From assembly GCA_001724245.1 (NCBI GenBank), contig MEDX01000031.1:1-39294 (forward strand): a stretch of 39,294 nt of DNA, written 5' to 3'. This stretch comes from Fonticula-like sp. SCN 57-25. Its lineage: Eukaryota. Under the pieces are notes generated by a model. The model did no database searches. It saw nothing but the letters and a program-made list of their open reading frames with translations, and was not told the DNA's origin. Within the stretch, counting starts at the first letter, position 1. Each line of letters opens with the position of its first letter. Below, piece by piece: positions 1 to 11,569 of the stretch. The position numbers and the translations under genes were made by a program.

Positions 1-655
1 GCACTACAACATACCTGTACAATACTCTATGAATGAACCGTTCAAAATTTGGATGATACTTAAGGCCCCAGATCATCGATGATGCTTAGTCCAAGCCTAT
101 TTTAGCGCGCCTACTTTTGTGGGTTTGAATTTTTCCCCCTGTTAATAGGCAAAAAATGTCGCTCGCATAGTCTCACATGCTTGAAATGACAAAAAAACGC
201 TCAGAATGCCCTTTCCATGCCCAACTATCCTCACAAACCTTTGTCTATCTTGTTCATTCTTACTATTATACTCTTTTTAGCCCCTTCTGCTACCAACACT
301 TCCTTTTCATGCTCTGTTCCCTTCATTCGAACCTTCCCGCCACTGTAATCTGCAAACTGCAAACTGGTACATCTGATCGCGATCGTCCCTTGGAACGTTG
401 CAACTGACTTGTGGCGCCTCTGCTGCTGCGCGCTTCGCGGTCGTCGCTGGTGTACGTTTGTAGGACCTCTGTGTGTCGCTGCTATGCTGTTTCGCGTTTG
501 CTGCTATGAATGTTTTTGTTTTTGTGTATTCTGATCTCATTGCTTCTTTACGCAGTATTTTAACGCTTTGCACCCTTTACCGTGTGATCCACGCGTGCAG
601 ATTTCCCAGCCGCCGTTTTGTCTTTTGCTAGTCGCTGCCTGAGAGCTGCGTCTGC

Positions 656-2524
656 ATGTCAAGTAGCTTCACCGGGTATCAGTATCAACCGGTAGACATG
701 GAAGGCGCCGGAGATGCCTCAGAGTCGGCAGCAAGCCAGGAGAAGAACTTTTATGCAGTCTTGGGGGTTTCCCGGACAGCGTCGCCTGACGAGATCAAGA
801 AGGCGTACCGCAAGCTGGCGCTTCTGTACCACCCTGACAAGAGCACAGGAAACGAGGAAAAGGTACGCTTTTGCCCTGCTTTTTGCATGTGATGTTTGTT
901 GCCTGTGCCATCTGGCCGATCCGCGTGCACGTCAGCAATCTCTTGCTTGGCGCGGGCAGTATCCTTAAAAGGCCCGCTCGGCCGCTTCTCTGCAATCATA
1001 GTTTTTCAGTTGCTGATGCCGTTTGTCGTGCAGTTCAAGCAAGTGACTGATGCGTATGATGTGCTCTCTGACGAGCAGCGCCGCGCCATCTATGATCGGT
1101 ATGGCGCAGTCGGCCTTCAGTTTTACGAGACGTACGGCAAGTCGAGCCCTCTTGCCGGCGCGCTGTTCCACCCGATGGCCGTCTGCCTCCTGCTTTCGAT
1201 GTTTTCCCTTTTCTTTGCCCTTTTGGTCATCTTCCCCGCCCTTCTGGCCGTGCTTATTGACTCTGCGCCGGCGGGCTGGACGTACGCCGCCGTCTTCACG
1301 CCGTTGTGGATCCTCGACGCGGTGCTGTTTATCGCCCTCATCGCCTTTGTGGTGTCCAGCATCAGCCAGCTGCGCGAGGCCGCCGCCCAGGCGCGCGCCG
1401 CGCACGACCCGGAGAGCGGTGAGCCGCAAGAGCACGAGGCCGGCCCGTCCACGTTGGAGATCGTGTGGTACGTGACGCCCGCGATCGTCCGCTTCTCGGC
1501 CTTCTTTGCTTTCCAAATCCTCATCGTCGTCAAGATGGACTCGGCGCCTTTCATTCCGTGGGCCAACGTCTGGATCCCCATCTACATCGCAGAGATCATC
1601 GGTTTCTTTGAGACTATCCACGAGACGTACACTCAGGTGTCGCTCTTCAAGGTGCGTCAGAAGAAGGATGAAGCATTATTTTGGGCCTTTCTGTGTGATT
1701 TTTGAGGAATGCCCAATTTCTCGTGTTTTCCGTGTGTTTTTCGTGTGTTTTTCGCGTGTTTTTCTTGTGTTTTCTCGTTTATCAGTGATGCTCACGCGCG
1801 CCTCGTAGCACATCGAGACGCTGAAGGACTCTCGCTTTGCCGTTGTCGCGACTGTCCTCTACAACTTCCGCTGGAACGTCCTCCGCATTATTCTGATTGC
1901 GTTCATTGTGGTCAAGTCGGACGGCCTCGTGACGTGGAGCTGGGCCGTCGTGGCGACGCCGCTCTTTGTGGCCTGCTTCCTCGCCCTCATCTTTGACTGC
2001 CTCGTCACCCCCATCCAGGTCCAGATGGGCCAGTCGGAGGAGGAGCAGCGCCAGATTCAGAACAGCGCGTCCGCGAGGCGCTGGTTTGCGTTTGTTATGA
2101 TTGTTCTGCTTGTGGCGTTTGTCGGCATGCTCGTGCAGAGACTCGACCTCAATGTCCTGGTACGCAAAGTATCGAATTTCGTCATTTGCCGTTGGTTATG
2201 TGCCGTCGAGCGTTGTGTTTCGTTGTTTTCTCGCCCTTTTTGTCGTGTTTTGTTCCTTTGCTTTTCATTTTTGCCGTGTTTCTGACGCTTATGTGAACGC
2301 AGTTTTCGATGGGGACCATCTTTGTCCCGATCTTTATTGTGACCGGCGTCCTCTTCTGCATCTGCGGGTGCTGCCTGCCGTGCATGTACTGCATCACCTC
2401 GCAGGGCGGCCTCGATCTGGACGAGTTTGCGGACTCTGTGGGCAACACCCAGCCTCAGCGCCTGGCCATTCTTCCGCCGGCCTCGGGGCCAGGGAGCGTG
2501 CCCAACTACTCGGTCAGCGACTAG
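656..2524 (+). CDS. J-domain (DnaJ) membrane protein with TMEM185-like transmembrane repeats; exons 656-862, 1034-1651, 1809-2159, 2303-2524
   Basis: FYAVLGV...[18 protein letters not shown]-domain continues after a GT-AG intron as [13 protein letters not shown]. Four W/F-x-x-V/I-x-x-P-L/I membrane motifs. Cys-rich C-terminus [13 protein letters not shown]. All three introns keep the frame. Confidence 0.85.
1717..1780. repeat. Degenerate ~11-bp tandem repeat (TTTTCGTGTGT) inside intron 2 of the DnaJ gene
   Basis: About 5-6 imperfect copies visible directly. Confidence 0.7.
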
Positions 2525-2842
2525 ACAGAAAAACATTCTAGCAACAGAAGAAAAGAGTGTACCAGATTTTGACATCAATGAATTGTGCTCTTTTGGCAAC
2601 ATTTAGTACCCGCTGCTTTGGCAAATGTCAGTGTTGGAAGCTGCAATAAGTACGAGACAGTAGTTTAGTGCTTGCACAATCATGATTTCAGCATTACCGT
2701 AACATACAGTCAGCATTTCAGGGGAGTCCCTGCCAAGTCCCTGACTGCTGGCTGACCGGATCCTGCTCACGGATCGGCCGGTGACTGCTTGTGCTGCTAA
2801 AGAGTGTTTCAGTGCTCTGCTGCGCGTTAAATTATTGCGGAC

Positions 2843-3547
2843 ATGGACAGTATCAAGAATGCGTTTCATTCGTTTACGAATGACGAGGAGACGGGCGGGT
2901 CGGGGAGCGGCGGCAACAATGATGAGGAGTCCCTCATGGGCGAGATGAACCAGATGTGCAAGATGAGCTACAAGACACGAATGTATGGCTTTGGTATCAC
3001 ATTTGCGCTCGGCTTCTGCCTCAGCATTGCTGTACGACTTTTCAATTGTTGCTTGCTTGCAAAGTAGAGCTTACACTGTGTCATCTCGAATAGGGTTGCA
3101 TCTTTTTGGCCTTTTTGAACCTCAAGGCCTTTGCAGTGTTTTATTCGCTCGGCTCCATTTGCTCGCTTGGGAGGTGCGCATTCATTGTCTAGTTAATAAA
3201 GGGGAGTGTGGTGTTGTATGTATTTGTTGTGATAGCATCTCTTTGTTTCGGTGCTCGGCTGGCAAACGGTGTCTAATGCTGGGTGTGGTAGTACGACTTT
3301 CCTGCTCGGCCCGATGAAGCAGATGAAGACGATGTTTGACTCGAAGCGCGCAATTGCGTCGGGCATTTACATTGCCTCGATTGCGCTGACACTCGGCTGC
3401 GCAATTGGCCTCAAGAGCGTGCCGCTGACGATCATCTCGGTCATTATTCAGTTCCTTGCCCTTGGGTGGTACTGCCTCTCGTACATCCCCTACGGGCGGT
3501 CCATGGTCACAAAGTGCTGCAAGTCCGCCACGGAAGGCGTCATTTAG
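2843..3547 (+). CDS. SFT2: SFT2/Got1-family vesicle transport protein, 3 exons
   Basis: MSYKTRMYGFGITFALG...FAVFYSLGSICSLGSTTFLLGPMKQMKTMFDSKRAIA...IQFLALGWYCLSYIPYGR is the typical SFT2D pattern. Two GT-AG introns. Confidence 0.9.
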
Positions 3548-3722
3548 AGTATTCGTAGATGTGTTATGATAGTTGATATGGACGCAAGAACTCTGCTGTG
3601 TTTCGCCTTTGCTTGGCGACAATAAAAGTTTGCATTAAAGTTCCTCTTGCTTACGGGATGCCATGCGTACAGTATCAATAGAAAGTGGCATATAATAAAT
3701 AGTATAGTACAACTGAAAAGGT

Positions 3723-6276
3723 CTAGTCGACGATCTTCCAGGACGCGACCCACTGAAGATGCGCAAACTGCTCGAGTGGCCCGTCGAGCCCGTACGGGAC
3801 GCTGCGGAACACCCAAAAGACGGCGAGCACGACCGCGCCCGCCCACGTTGCAGGGTGCGCAGCGACGCCTCCGCCGCGGGCCGCCAGCACGTGCGTAACC
3901 TTGCCGGTAAGCACGGCGGTGAAGAGCGTGGCCGGGACGTAGTGGTGGAGGTACGTGACGCGGCCCATGAGCCAGAACGGCGCGTAGTGGAGCGCCCAGC
4001 CGAGGATGAGCAGCCAGCACCAAAAGCAGAACGACCGCCAGTCATCGCCATCCGCTGACCATGACGACGCGCCGCCGAGTGACCGAGCGCGCGCCACCGC
4101 GTGCACCGCCATCATGAGCAGCGCGAGCGCGAGCACGACCGTCCCGCCCGCCCACGTCGGCACCAGGCCAACCAAGAACAGCCGAGGCACGCTGCCGTCC
4201 CACGTGGTCATCCGCAGACCGGCCAGGTTGAACGGCCACGTGTAGGGACGCGACGTGAGCGGGTCCGTCTTGGAAGGGTCGGGCACGAGCGCGCTGTTGG
4301 CCGCGTTCATCGCGAGGTTGAGCGCCATAAACGACGACGCAAACGACGTACGCGGCGGCTCATATGAAGGCGACGGCGCCGACGAGGGCGAGGAAGCACC
4401 TACGACCACGAGGTGAGTGTCAGCAATGATAAAAGGCAGCGGCGCGCACCCTTGTGCAGCTCGACGTTCCACGTGGCGTGCGAGCTCGTCGTGTTGACCT
4501 TGTGGCAGACGACCTCGTATTGCTTAAAGCCCCACTCGGGGAGCACAACCGGGTGGCCCCACAGCAGACACCCCGTGGTCACGTGGCGCAGCTGGAAGCG
4601 CGTTGTGAGCGGGCGCAGGAGCCGCGACGGCTGCGTCAGGCTGACGTCATCAACAACCTGCACGCGCCAAAGGTCGTTCGGGTCGAGGACGCCCTCGCCG
4701 CCGTACGCCGACACCTCGAGCGACCCCTTGGTGACAGGCGCTGCAAAGGGCCGTGTTAAAAGGGAATGGCGCTGCAAAGATAGCCGTACGAATAACAACG
4801 TGGCTGTGCAGGTGCATCTTTGTCTGCACGTGGCGGAGCATGACGACGGCACCGTCGAGCACGGGCTCGGAGGCGCCGCCCGCGGGCCTCGCGTCGGGCA
4901 GCGTGTACAGCTCCCGCGGGGGGCGCACAAACAGCCACTCGTTGTTGTTGTCATGGTGCGTGTAGCACGTCACCTGCTGCTGCTTGCTGCCCGACGGGTA
5001 CGTCGACACGTGCGAGTGCAGGAGCGCACCGCACGCGCCGCCGTTCCGAAGCGTCACCGGCGTGTCGTACATTACAACTGCAGACAAGACATCAGAAAAG
5101 GCAACAATGCAACAATGGGCGCACCGCGGGATTGGTTACGGAGTGGATTGCCTTCCAGCTGCGCCTGAAAGAGCGATGGCATGTGCGCGGCACCGGATCC
5201 GTAGCGGTGCAGCACAGCAAAGTGGGCCGAAAAGGACACCGCGTACACCGCAAGCGGCAATGCAATGAGGAAGGCGGCGCGAATTGCAAAGTGCAGACTA
5301 AACTTTGGCTAAACGATAACCAAGTGTTAGGCGCAAGGAAAGGACAACGAACAAGATCGGCGCACCAAGGAGAGTCCGCGGTTTCCCAGCATTTCGTACA
5401 GGTCCTTGACGGTGTAGAGCCCGACGAGCGCAACGCTAAAGAGGCCAACCCATTTGACACTCAGCGTGAATCCCAGGGACACGCCCAGCAGAAACAGCCA
5501 CGCAAAGTATTGCAGCGACAGCGGGCGGTGCTCGCTGTTGATGAACATGGCGAGGCAAAGAAGAACAAGGGCTGTCCCGGTGAACAGCATTCCATCGAGC
5601 AGAATGAGCCGCCCGAGCGCAATGTTGGACGTATCTACAGTGGCGGTGCGTTAGCGACGCGTAAGTACAACACATTTGCTCCTACCAAACAGGATCAGAG
5701 AGGCGGCAAGCATCGCCGACGGAATGTCGCAGTTCATCGCAAGGGCAGTCCAAAAGGTGAACAGGACGCCCAGCGCCGAGATGAGCGCGCAAAAGGAGCG
5801 CATCGCGACATAAGGGACCCACTCGGGGTATTTCTAACGCACGACATTGAGTATACAAATGGACGAGCACCGAAACCTACCTCGCCGCTTCCGAACGACC
5901 ACGTTCCATTGTAGCCTGCGAGATGGCCAGCGAGGCCTAACAGCGCCTTGCCACCCGGTGGGTGCACGTCAAAGTAAAACTCATTCTTCAGATAATATCC
6001 CGCAAACTTGCCAAAGTGCGCCTCGTCCCACGCAACGATATCGGGCGTCTCGATCTTGTGTAACCGCGACCACACGGCCAGGCCCAGAACCAGGAGCGAC
6101 GCCGCCGCGATCACGACCAGGCCCTGACGCAGTTTAGGGCGCGCGGAAAGAACAAAGATAAATTAACATACCTTTGGCCGACGCTCAGCGGGGTAAAAGT
6201 CGGCCACGAGCGGCGCCGACGTTGGCGCCGGCGATGGCGGCGGTGGCGGCTCTGCGACCCCTTTCGGTTCGCTCAT
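3723..6276 (-). CDS. PMT2: Dolichyl-phosphate-mannose:protein O-mannosyltransferase (GT39), PMT2/POMT2-like, about 8 exons
   Basis: [34 protein letters not shown] domains ([29 protein letters not shown]) and C-terminal [24 protein letters not shown]. Seven GT-AG introns restore the frame. Confidence 0.92.
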
Positions 6277-6349
6277 TCGAGCCGTTTTGATTTTGCCGCC
6301 AAAAGCACGTGCTTTGCCGCCAAAATTGCAAATCTCGCGTGCCTGCGCC
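6277..6349. promoter_or_regulatory. Putative bidirectional promoter between PMT2 and MET2
   Basis: 73 bp between the divergent ATGs. Two TTTGCCGCCAAAA copies flank the palindrome AAAGCACGTGCTTT. Confidence 0.6.
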
Positions 6350-7875
6350 ATGTCCGTCGGCGTCGGTGGCGTAGAGTGGCAGCCTGCGGCGGTGCTTGCG
6401 GCGACGCCGTACACTGCTGACGTGAATGACCAGCGTATTGTAGAGTTTCCGGAACTGAAACTAGAGTCTGGGAAGGCGATCGCACCCGTTCAGGCTGCAT
6501 TCAAGACGTGGGGGACGCTCAATGAGACGCGCGACAATGGTGCGATTGCCGTGTGAGCGGCCGCTGGGACTGACGCCATCTGTCTAGTCGTTGTTGTGTG
6601 CCACGCGTTCTCTGGCTCGTGCGACGCGCAGGACTGGTGGAGTCAACTGTATGGTTCTGGCCGCGTCCTCGATCCGGCCCGCTTTTTTATTGTTTGCGTC
6701 AACCTGCTGGGATCGCCGTACGGATCGTCGTCGCCCGTGACGATCAACGCCGCGACAGGAAAGCGTACGCATGCATATTTTTACGCCTGTGCGTGCTCAC
6801 TCGACGTGGCGCAGCGTACGGGCCAGACTTTCCTTGCACAACTGTGCGCGACAGCGTACAGCTACAAATGATGGTCGTCTTTGACTATCTCGCGGTCGCC
6901 AGCGTGCGGTGCGTCATTGGCGGCTCGTTGGGCGGCATGGTTGCGCTTGAATGGGCGATTATGGCCGGTGACAGGGTAAAGTCGGTTGTTCCCATCGCGA
7001 CGAGCGCGCGCGTACGTGCACCGTGCATGGCGAAATAACATACTGACACGCATTGACTAGCACTCTGCGTGGTGCATTGGCTTTAGCGAGGTGCAGCGTC
7101 AATGTATATATGGCGACCCTCTTTATCAGGGAGGCCGGTGCGTTGCCCGCCTGCAACTTGCCTGTCGCTGACGCGCCTTGCAGCTACTCGCTGGACAACC
7201 CGCCGACGCACGGGCTTGCGACGGCGCGCATGGCGGCCATGTTGACGTACCGCTCGCGCACCTCATTTGAGAGCCGATTTGGGCGCAAGATTCAGAACAA
7301 GCCCGCCTCGCAGCAAGGTGGGCTCCCCAACCCCGCGTCGGTGCGTTCCTCTATTGTGTTTTTTCGTGTGTGGCCAACAGTGGTGCCTGCAGGAAGTGTT
7401 TTCTGCGCAGAGTTACCTCCGCTACCAAGGCGACAAGTTCATCCGCCGCTTTGATGTCAACTGCTACCTGCACATCCTGAACATCCTCGACTCGCAAGAC
7501 GTCGGCCGCGGGCGCCCCGGCGGGCTCGCGGGTGCGCTCGCTTCCATCCGCCAGCCCGCGCTCGTTATTGGCGTTGAGAGCGACGTGCTGTACGTACTGG
7601 AAGAGCAGGAGGAGATTGCCGCGCATATCCCGGGCGCTCAGCTCCGCGTCATCACCTCGACGGACGGGCACGACGGGTTCCTCCTCGAGTTTGCGCAGCT
7701 CAACAAGGCGGTGCGTGCGTGGATGCGCGAGACGATGCCGGGCGGGGACGACGGCGTGGACGACGCGCACGACTTTGACCAGGCGGGGCACAGGTCAAAG
7801 GCAGGGGAGGGATGGGGAGACTGGGACGAGATTGAGAGGAGGGAGGAGCTGAAGATGCAGCAAGAAACAAAGTAA
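6350..7875 (+). CDS. MET2: Homoserine O-acetyltransferase (MetX/Met2 family), 6 exons
   Basis: TWGTLNETRDN, VCHAFSGS, NLLGSPYGSSSP, nucleophile motif IGGSLGGM, ARMAAMLTYR, SYLRYQGDKF, GHDGFLLE. Confidence 0.92.
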
Positions 7876-8120
7876 CCTATAGTAACCTTATATGAATGAT
7901 ATACTATGTATGAAGAAATTGAACGAATACATGTATTTTTGGCCGTTTTTTTCAGCTTGCTTTACTCGCGACTGCGAATTTCGTGCACAATGCGCGGCTG
8001 GCATCTCGTCTGATTTTGTCTGATTTTTCTGATTTCGTAAACGTCAACAAACTGCTCGTCATCCGTGCAAACACCCGCCATCACCATCCCCGTATCGCAT
8101 CGGTTGCCGCCGCCGCCGCC

Positions 8121-9162
8121 ATGTCGAACGAGCTCATCGGCAGCCGCATCATCATCATCTCCAAGCAGGAGCTGAGGTATGAGGGCTTGCTGCGCGACCT
8201 GAACCCCCAGGATGACACGTTCCTTCTCGCGGATGGTACGGACCCGATTGCCGGATTCGCCAGGGGGATCTCAATGCGCTGACACCGTATCTAGTTATCA
8301 TGTATGGCTCGGAGGGACGCAATGCCGCTCTTGGTAAGGCGGAAGTCCAGGCCGCTCCTGTGCGCTTTCCCCTTATTCAGTTCAATGCACGCGATATCAA
8401 GGATTTGAAGGTGGTCAAGGATGAGACGCCTGCGACCATCGATGATCCCGCCGTTGTCATCTTGGAGGCTCCGGAAGCATTGCCGACGGCAAAGGCCCCC
8501 GAGGCTTCGTCAAATGCCGCGCCCAGCTTGTTTGAGGCTGCCTCGGCCGAGTCGAAGAAGCATTACAACAGCTCGTCACATTCGCGGCCCGCTAACCGCG
8601 GCCCGCCGCGCCCGCGCCCTACCGGCCCTGTCGGCGATCTCACCACCGAGTTTGACATTGAGGCGAGCAACGCAAAGCTTTCGACGCTTAGCCTTGATGG
8701 CGACTCTGCGCCCGCTGCAAAGGCGTACGACAAGACGGCGTCTTTCTTTGACACGATGTCGTCGGATATGAAGGATCGCGCCGAGCGCAGCAAGAATCCC
8801 ATGTACGCGAACTCGCGCACTTGTCATACTGTGTTGCTCACAATTGCGCTTTTAGGACTGGTCGCGAGATGCGCGCTGCTGAGGGAGCTCAGAACATGGA
8901 TACTTTTGGTCACGATCCCAACTATGTCCCTTCGTACCGCGGCCGCGGTCGCGGTGGGCGTGGCCGCGGTGGTCGCGGTGGCCAGAACCGCAACTACCAG
9001 CAGCGCGACAACGGTGACTACCACCAGCCCCACTACCGCAACAATGACGAAAGGCGGTATAACCAGGGCCATAACCGCGGCGGCAACCACTACAACAACA
9101 ACCAGCCTCGCCAGCCGCGGCCGTCCCACGACAACGCCAACAGCGACGCGTCGACGGCTTAA
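8121..9162 (+). CDS. LSM14: LSM14/Scd6/RAP55 mRNA-decapping and P-body protein, 3 exons
   Basis: N-terminal LSm domain (IGSRIIIISKQELRYEG..YGSEGR..FNARDIKDL), FDF-like EFDIEASN, FFD box (YDKTASFFDTMS), TFG box (NMDTFG) and RGG tail. Confidence 0.9.
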
Positions 9163-9869
9163 GGAGGATGCAAAGAGAAGGAAGGAGCACGCATTAGGTG
9201 TATTAGAAGCTGATGATGATGCTGACGAAGATTGTGATGATTTGGTGGCTGGCAAGCAGGTTTGCTTTGCGGTAAACTGTTCCCCCTCGTGTATACTGTC
9301 GCTTGTGTTTTTTGTGTCTGATGTCTTTGTGTCTGTTTTTGCCATATGAGCGCTCCTTTGGTACCACGTACTGTACGGAATACGTATGTTCGCCTGCACG
9401 TGCCGGCACTGCCCCAATAGTCGTGTAATGTAATATAACAGTACATGATTATTGATCACTGGTTGCATTGGGAAGCTATTTGAAGCTACGATAAGGTGGA
9501 AATGAGCAAAGTGCTACACGGTGGACTCAGTACACGAGTCACCTCGTTTATGGGTCGATGTGCTTGGCTGCGCTGATTCTTGCCAGATTCCTGGGCTGGT
9601 CCACTCTGGTATGCATAATACCCATATAAAACTACAAAATTGCAAATTTGTGAATCGTTCTGATTGGTCAAAGCTAGTAGATCCTTCGAGTCAAATCGCA
9701 CAGACGCTGTTTTTCTCGGATCTGCGGAGTCACGCACGAACTTTCGACGAAGCCTCGTTCAGAGTTCCCTTAACTGCAAAGCAGCGCGAGAAAGGAGACT
9801 CTCGGCAAAAGGAAAGTAAGCGTGGGCTTGTGATTGTATTTATCGCTCAAGAAATAGTACCTTTTCGCC

Positions 9870-10676
9870 ATGTCGAGCAGCGACGCGATCCCTCTGGTAA
9901 GTTGCGCTTGTTTATGGCGATGTTGCACTTGTATGGTTGGCTAACGCGTACTGTGCGGTCTCTCTGCTGTTTCAGGAGCCATTTCTGGGCCAGAAGAGCC
10001 GCCGTCGGTCTAGCGTAGCCAAGCACTTTGAGGGCGACTACCTTCAGTTGGGGAGCAACCCCGCGGTCATCAAGATCCTTTCTCGCTTTGGTACGCATGC
10101 GTGTGCTCGCTCTCTGGTCGTGTCGTTTTTCATAGTCGTGCTTTTGTATGCGTTTACATGGCTGGCCGTGTGCTAACGCCTTGCGCGAAATAGGCGACCA
10201 AAAGATTGTGTTTGCCGACATTGTTACCAAGATCAATAAGCGGAACAAGATGCAGGAGCGCGTCTTCCTTTTGACTGGCACGCGATGCGCTGCGTCTGCG
10301 CGCTGATCCCTAACGTTTGCATGTAGAGAGCGCGATTTATAATCTTGAGCCGGAGAGCTGGAAGGTGAAGCGTCGCATTTCTATTGAAGACATTGGCGGC
10401 GTGAAGCTTAGCCTGCTGACCGACAACTTTTTCTGCATCCACGTGCCCGCGGAATACGACTACCTTCTGACGAACCCGAAGAAGACGGAGATTGTGACGC
10501 AGCTGATGCATTGCTACGAGGCGGCCATGGATGGCGCCAAGCTGCCAGTGTCGTTCTCAAACACGTTCGACTACAAGATCGACGAAGACATGTACCGCGA
10601 GGTGCAATTCAAGCTCGAGAAGGAGGGAGTAACAACGCAGATTTTCACAAAGAAGACTGAAAAGACCAAAAAGTAG
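9870..10676 (+). CDS. Stand-alone class-I myosin tail homology 1 (TH1, PH-like) protein, ~190 aa; exons 9870-9896, 9976-10090, 10194-10277, 10327-10676
   Basis: GQKSRRRSSV..FEGDYL, IVFADIVTKINKRNKMQERVFLLTESAIYNL, KRRISIEDIGGVKLSLLTDNFFCIHV..EYDYLL...KTE is the TH1 signature. Third intron is GC-AG. Confidence 0.82.
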
Positions 10677-11020
10677 CGGGTTCCTTCTATCCTTTATGTT
10701 TTTGTGAAATTGCTTTTGTTCTTTTCTGCGTGTCGCGCAGTTCTATATTGTTACACTTGGGCGCGGCATCGCGCCACTTTTGTAGTGTCGTTGTGATTGA
10801 TGTACCCTGTACATTTTGTTTGTCTGGCTCCGCTTTCGTTCCTCGTTCATCGCATCAAGTATACCGAATATGCACAACCAATGCCATGGCTAATATATTA
10901 TGGTATTATAACGAGCTGTCTGCGGAAGCGAAAGCAAAGAACGCCTATAAAAAGGGGATAATGATAATGCACAAAGTTGAATGAAGTAATGAAGTAGAGT
11001 GCATGCATTTTTCGGGGGGG

Positions 11021-11569
11021 TCAGCGCGAGTATGCGCGATCGCGCTTGAGGCAGAGCCGCTTGTACGAGTCGCCCTCGGGGTTGTGTACGTGGCGGAGTA
11101 CCTCGTACTCATGCGAGACCGTCCGCAGGCACTCCCTGGCGGAGCGGTCCATCTCCGTGCGCTCCTCCTCCATGCACCTGTGCCGCTCGAGTGCTTGGCG
11201 GAACTGCGATCGCAGCATCGGCGGCGCCGTCCCAAACTGCGACATCGACCGCTGCGCCGTGGGCGGCGACGGCGAGGGTGAGGACGCAGACGGACGCGAC
11301 GACGCCTCGGCCGACTGACCATTCGGCGCTTTGGTCAACGACGACGACGACGACGATGACATTGCGGCGGTCGAGGACGAGGAAACGGAGCTGATTGGCG
11401 ATTGTCGGGATGTTCCGCCGCCGCTTCCATAGAGAAAGGGCGTGGGTTCATAGCGAGACGCTGTGTGAACAGCAGTGGTCGCGGTCGGCGCGATGCTCGT
11501 CGCGTAGCCAGACGTGTCGCAGATCCGCATGACGCAAGTGTGACTCTCAGCGAACGCAGGGGGGCTCAT
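11021..11569 (-). CDS. Hypothetical Ser/Pro-rich protein with helical C-terminus (~182 aa, start uncertain)
   Basis: GC-rich ORF with gene-like codon usage. Low-complexity N-terminus followed by FRQALERHRCMEEER...YEVLRHVHNPEGDSYKRL. No recognised family. Confidence 0.6.
   Translation of the reverse strand: MSPPAFAESHTCVMRICDTSGYATSIAPTATTAVHTASRYEPTPFLYGSGGGTSRQSPISSVSSSSTAAMSSSSSSSLTKAPNGQSAEASSRPSASSPSPSPPTAQRSMSQFGTAPPMLRSQFRQALERHRCMEEERTEMDRSARECLRTVSHEYEVLRHVHNPEGDSYKRLCLKRDRAYSR

Noticed and set aside
177..573. Short ORFs at the window start
   Set aside because: AT-rich with no motifs. Region ~452-555 looks like a 5'UTR intron of the DnaJ gene (GTACGT...ACGCAG).
888..1016. Box C/D snoRNA in DnaJ intron 1
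   Set aside because: The C box is imperfect (GTGATGT) and the CTGA is better explained as the branch site.
9234..9321. Box C/D snoRNA in the LSM14 3' region
   Set aside because: The terminal stem is out of register for a K-turn and the would-be guide is low-complexity TG sequence.
8300..9349. 349-aa ORF suggesting an alternative LSM14 C-terminus
   Set aside because: It reads through intron 8803-8855 into a shifted frame and loses the TFG and RGG motifs. Probably a chance open frame.
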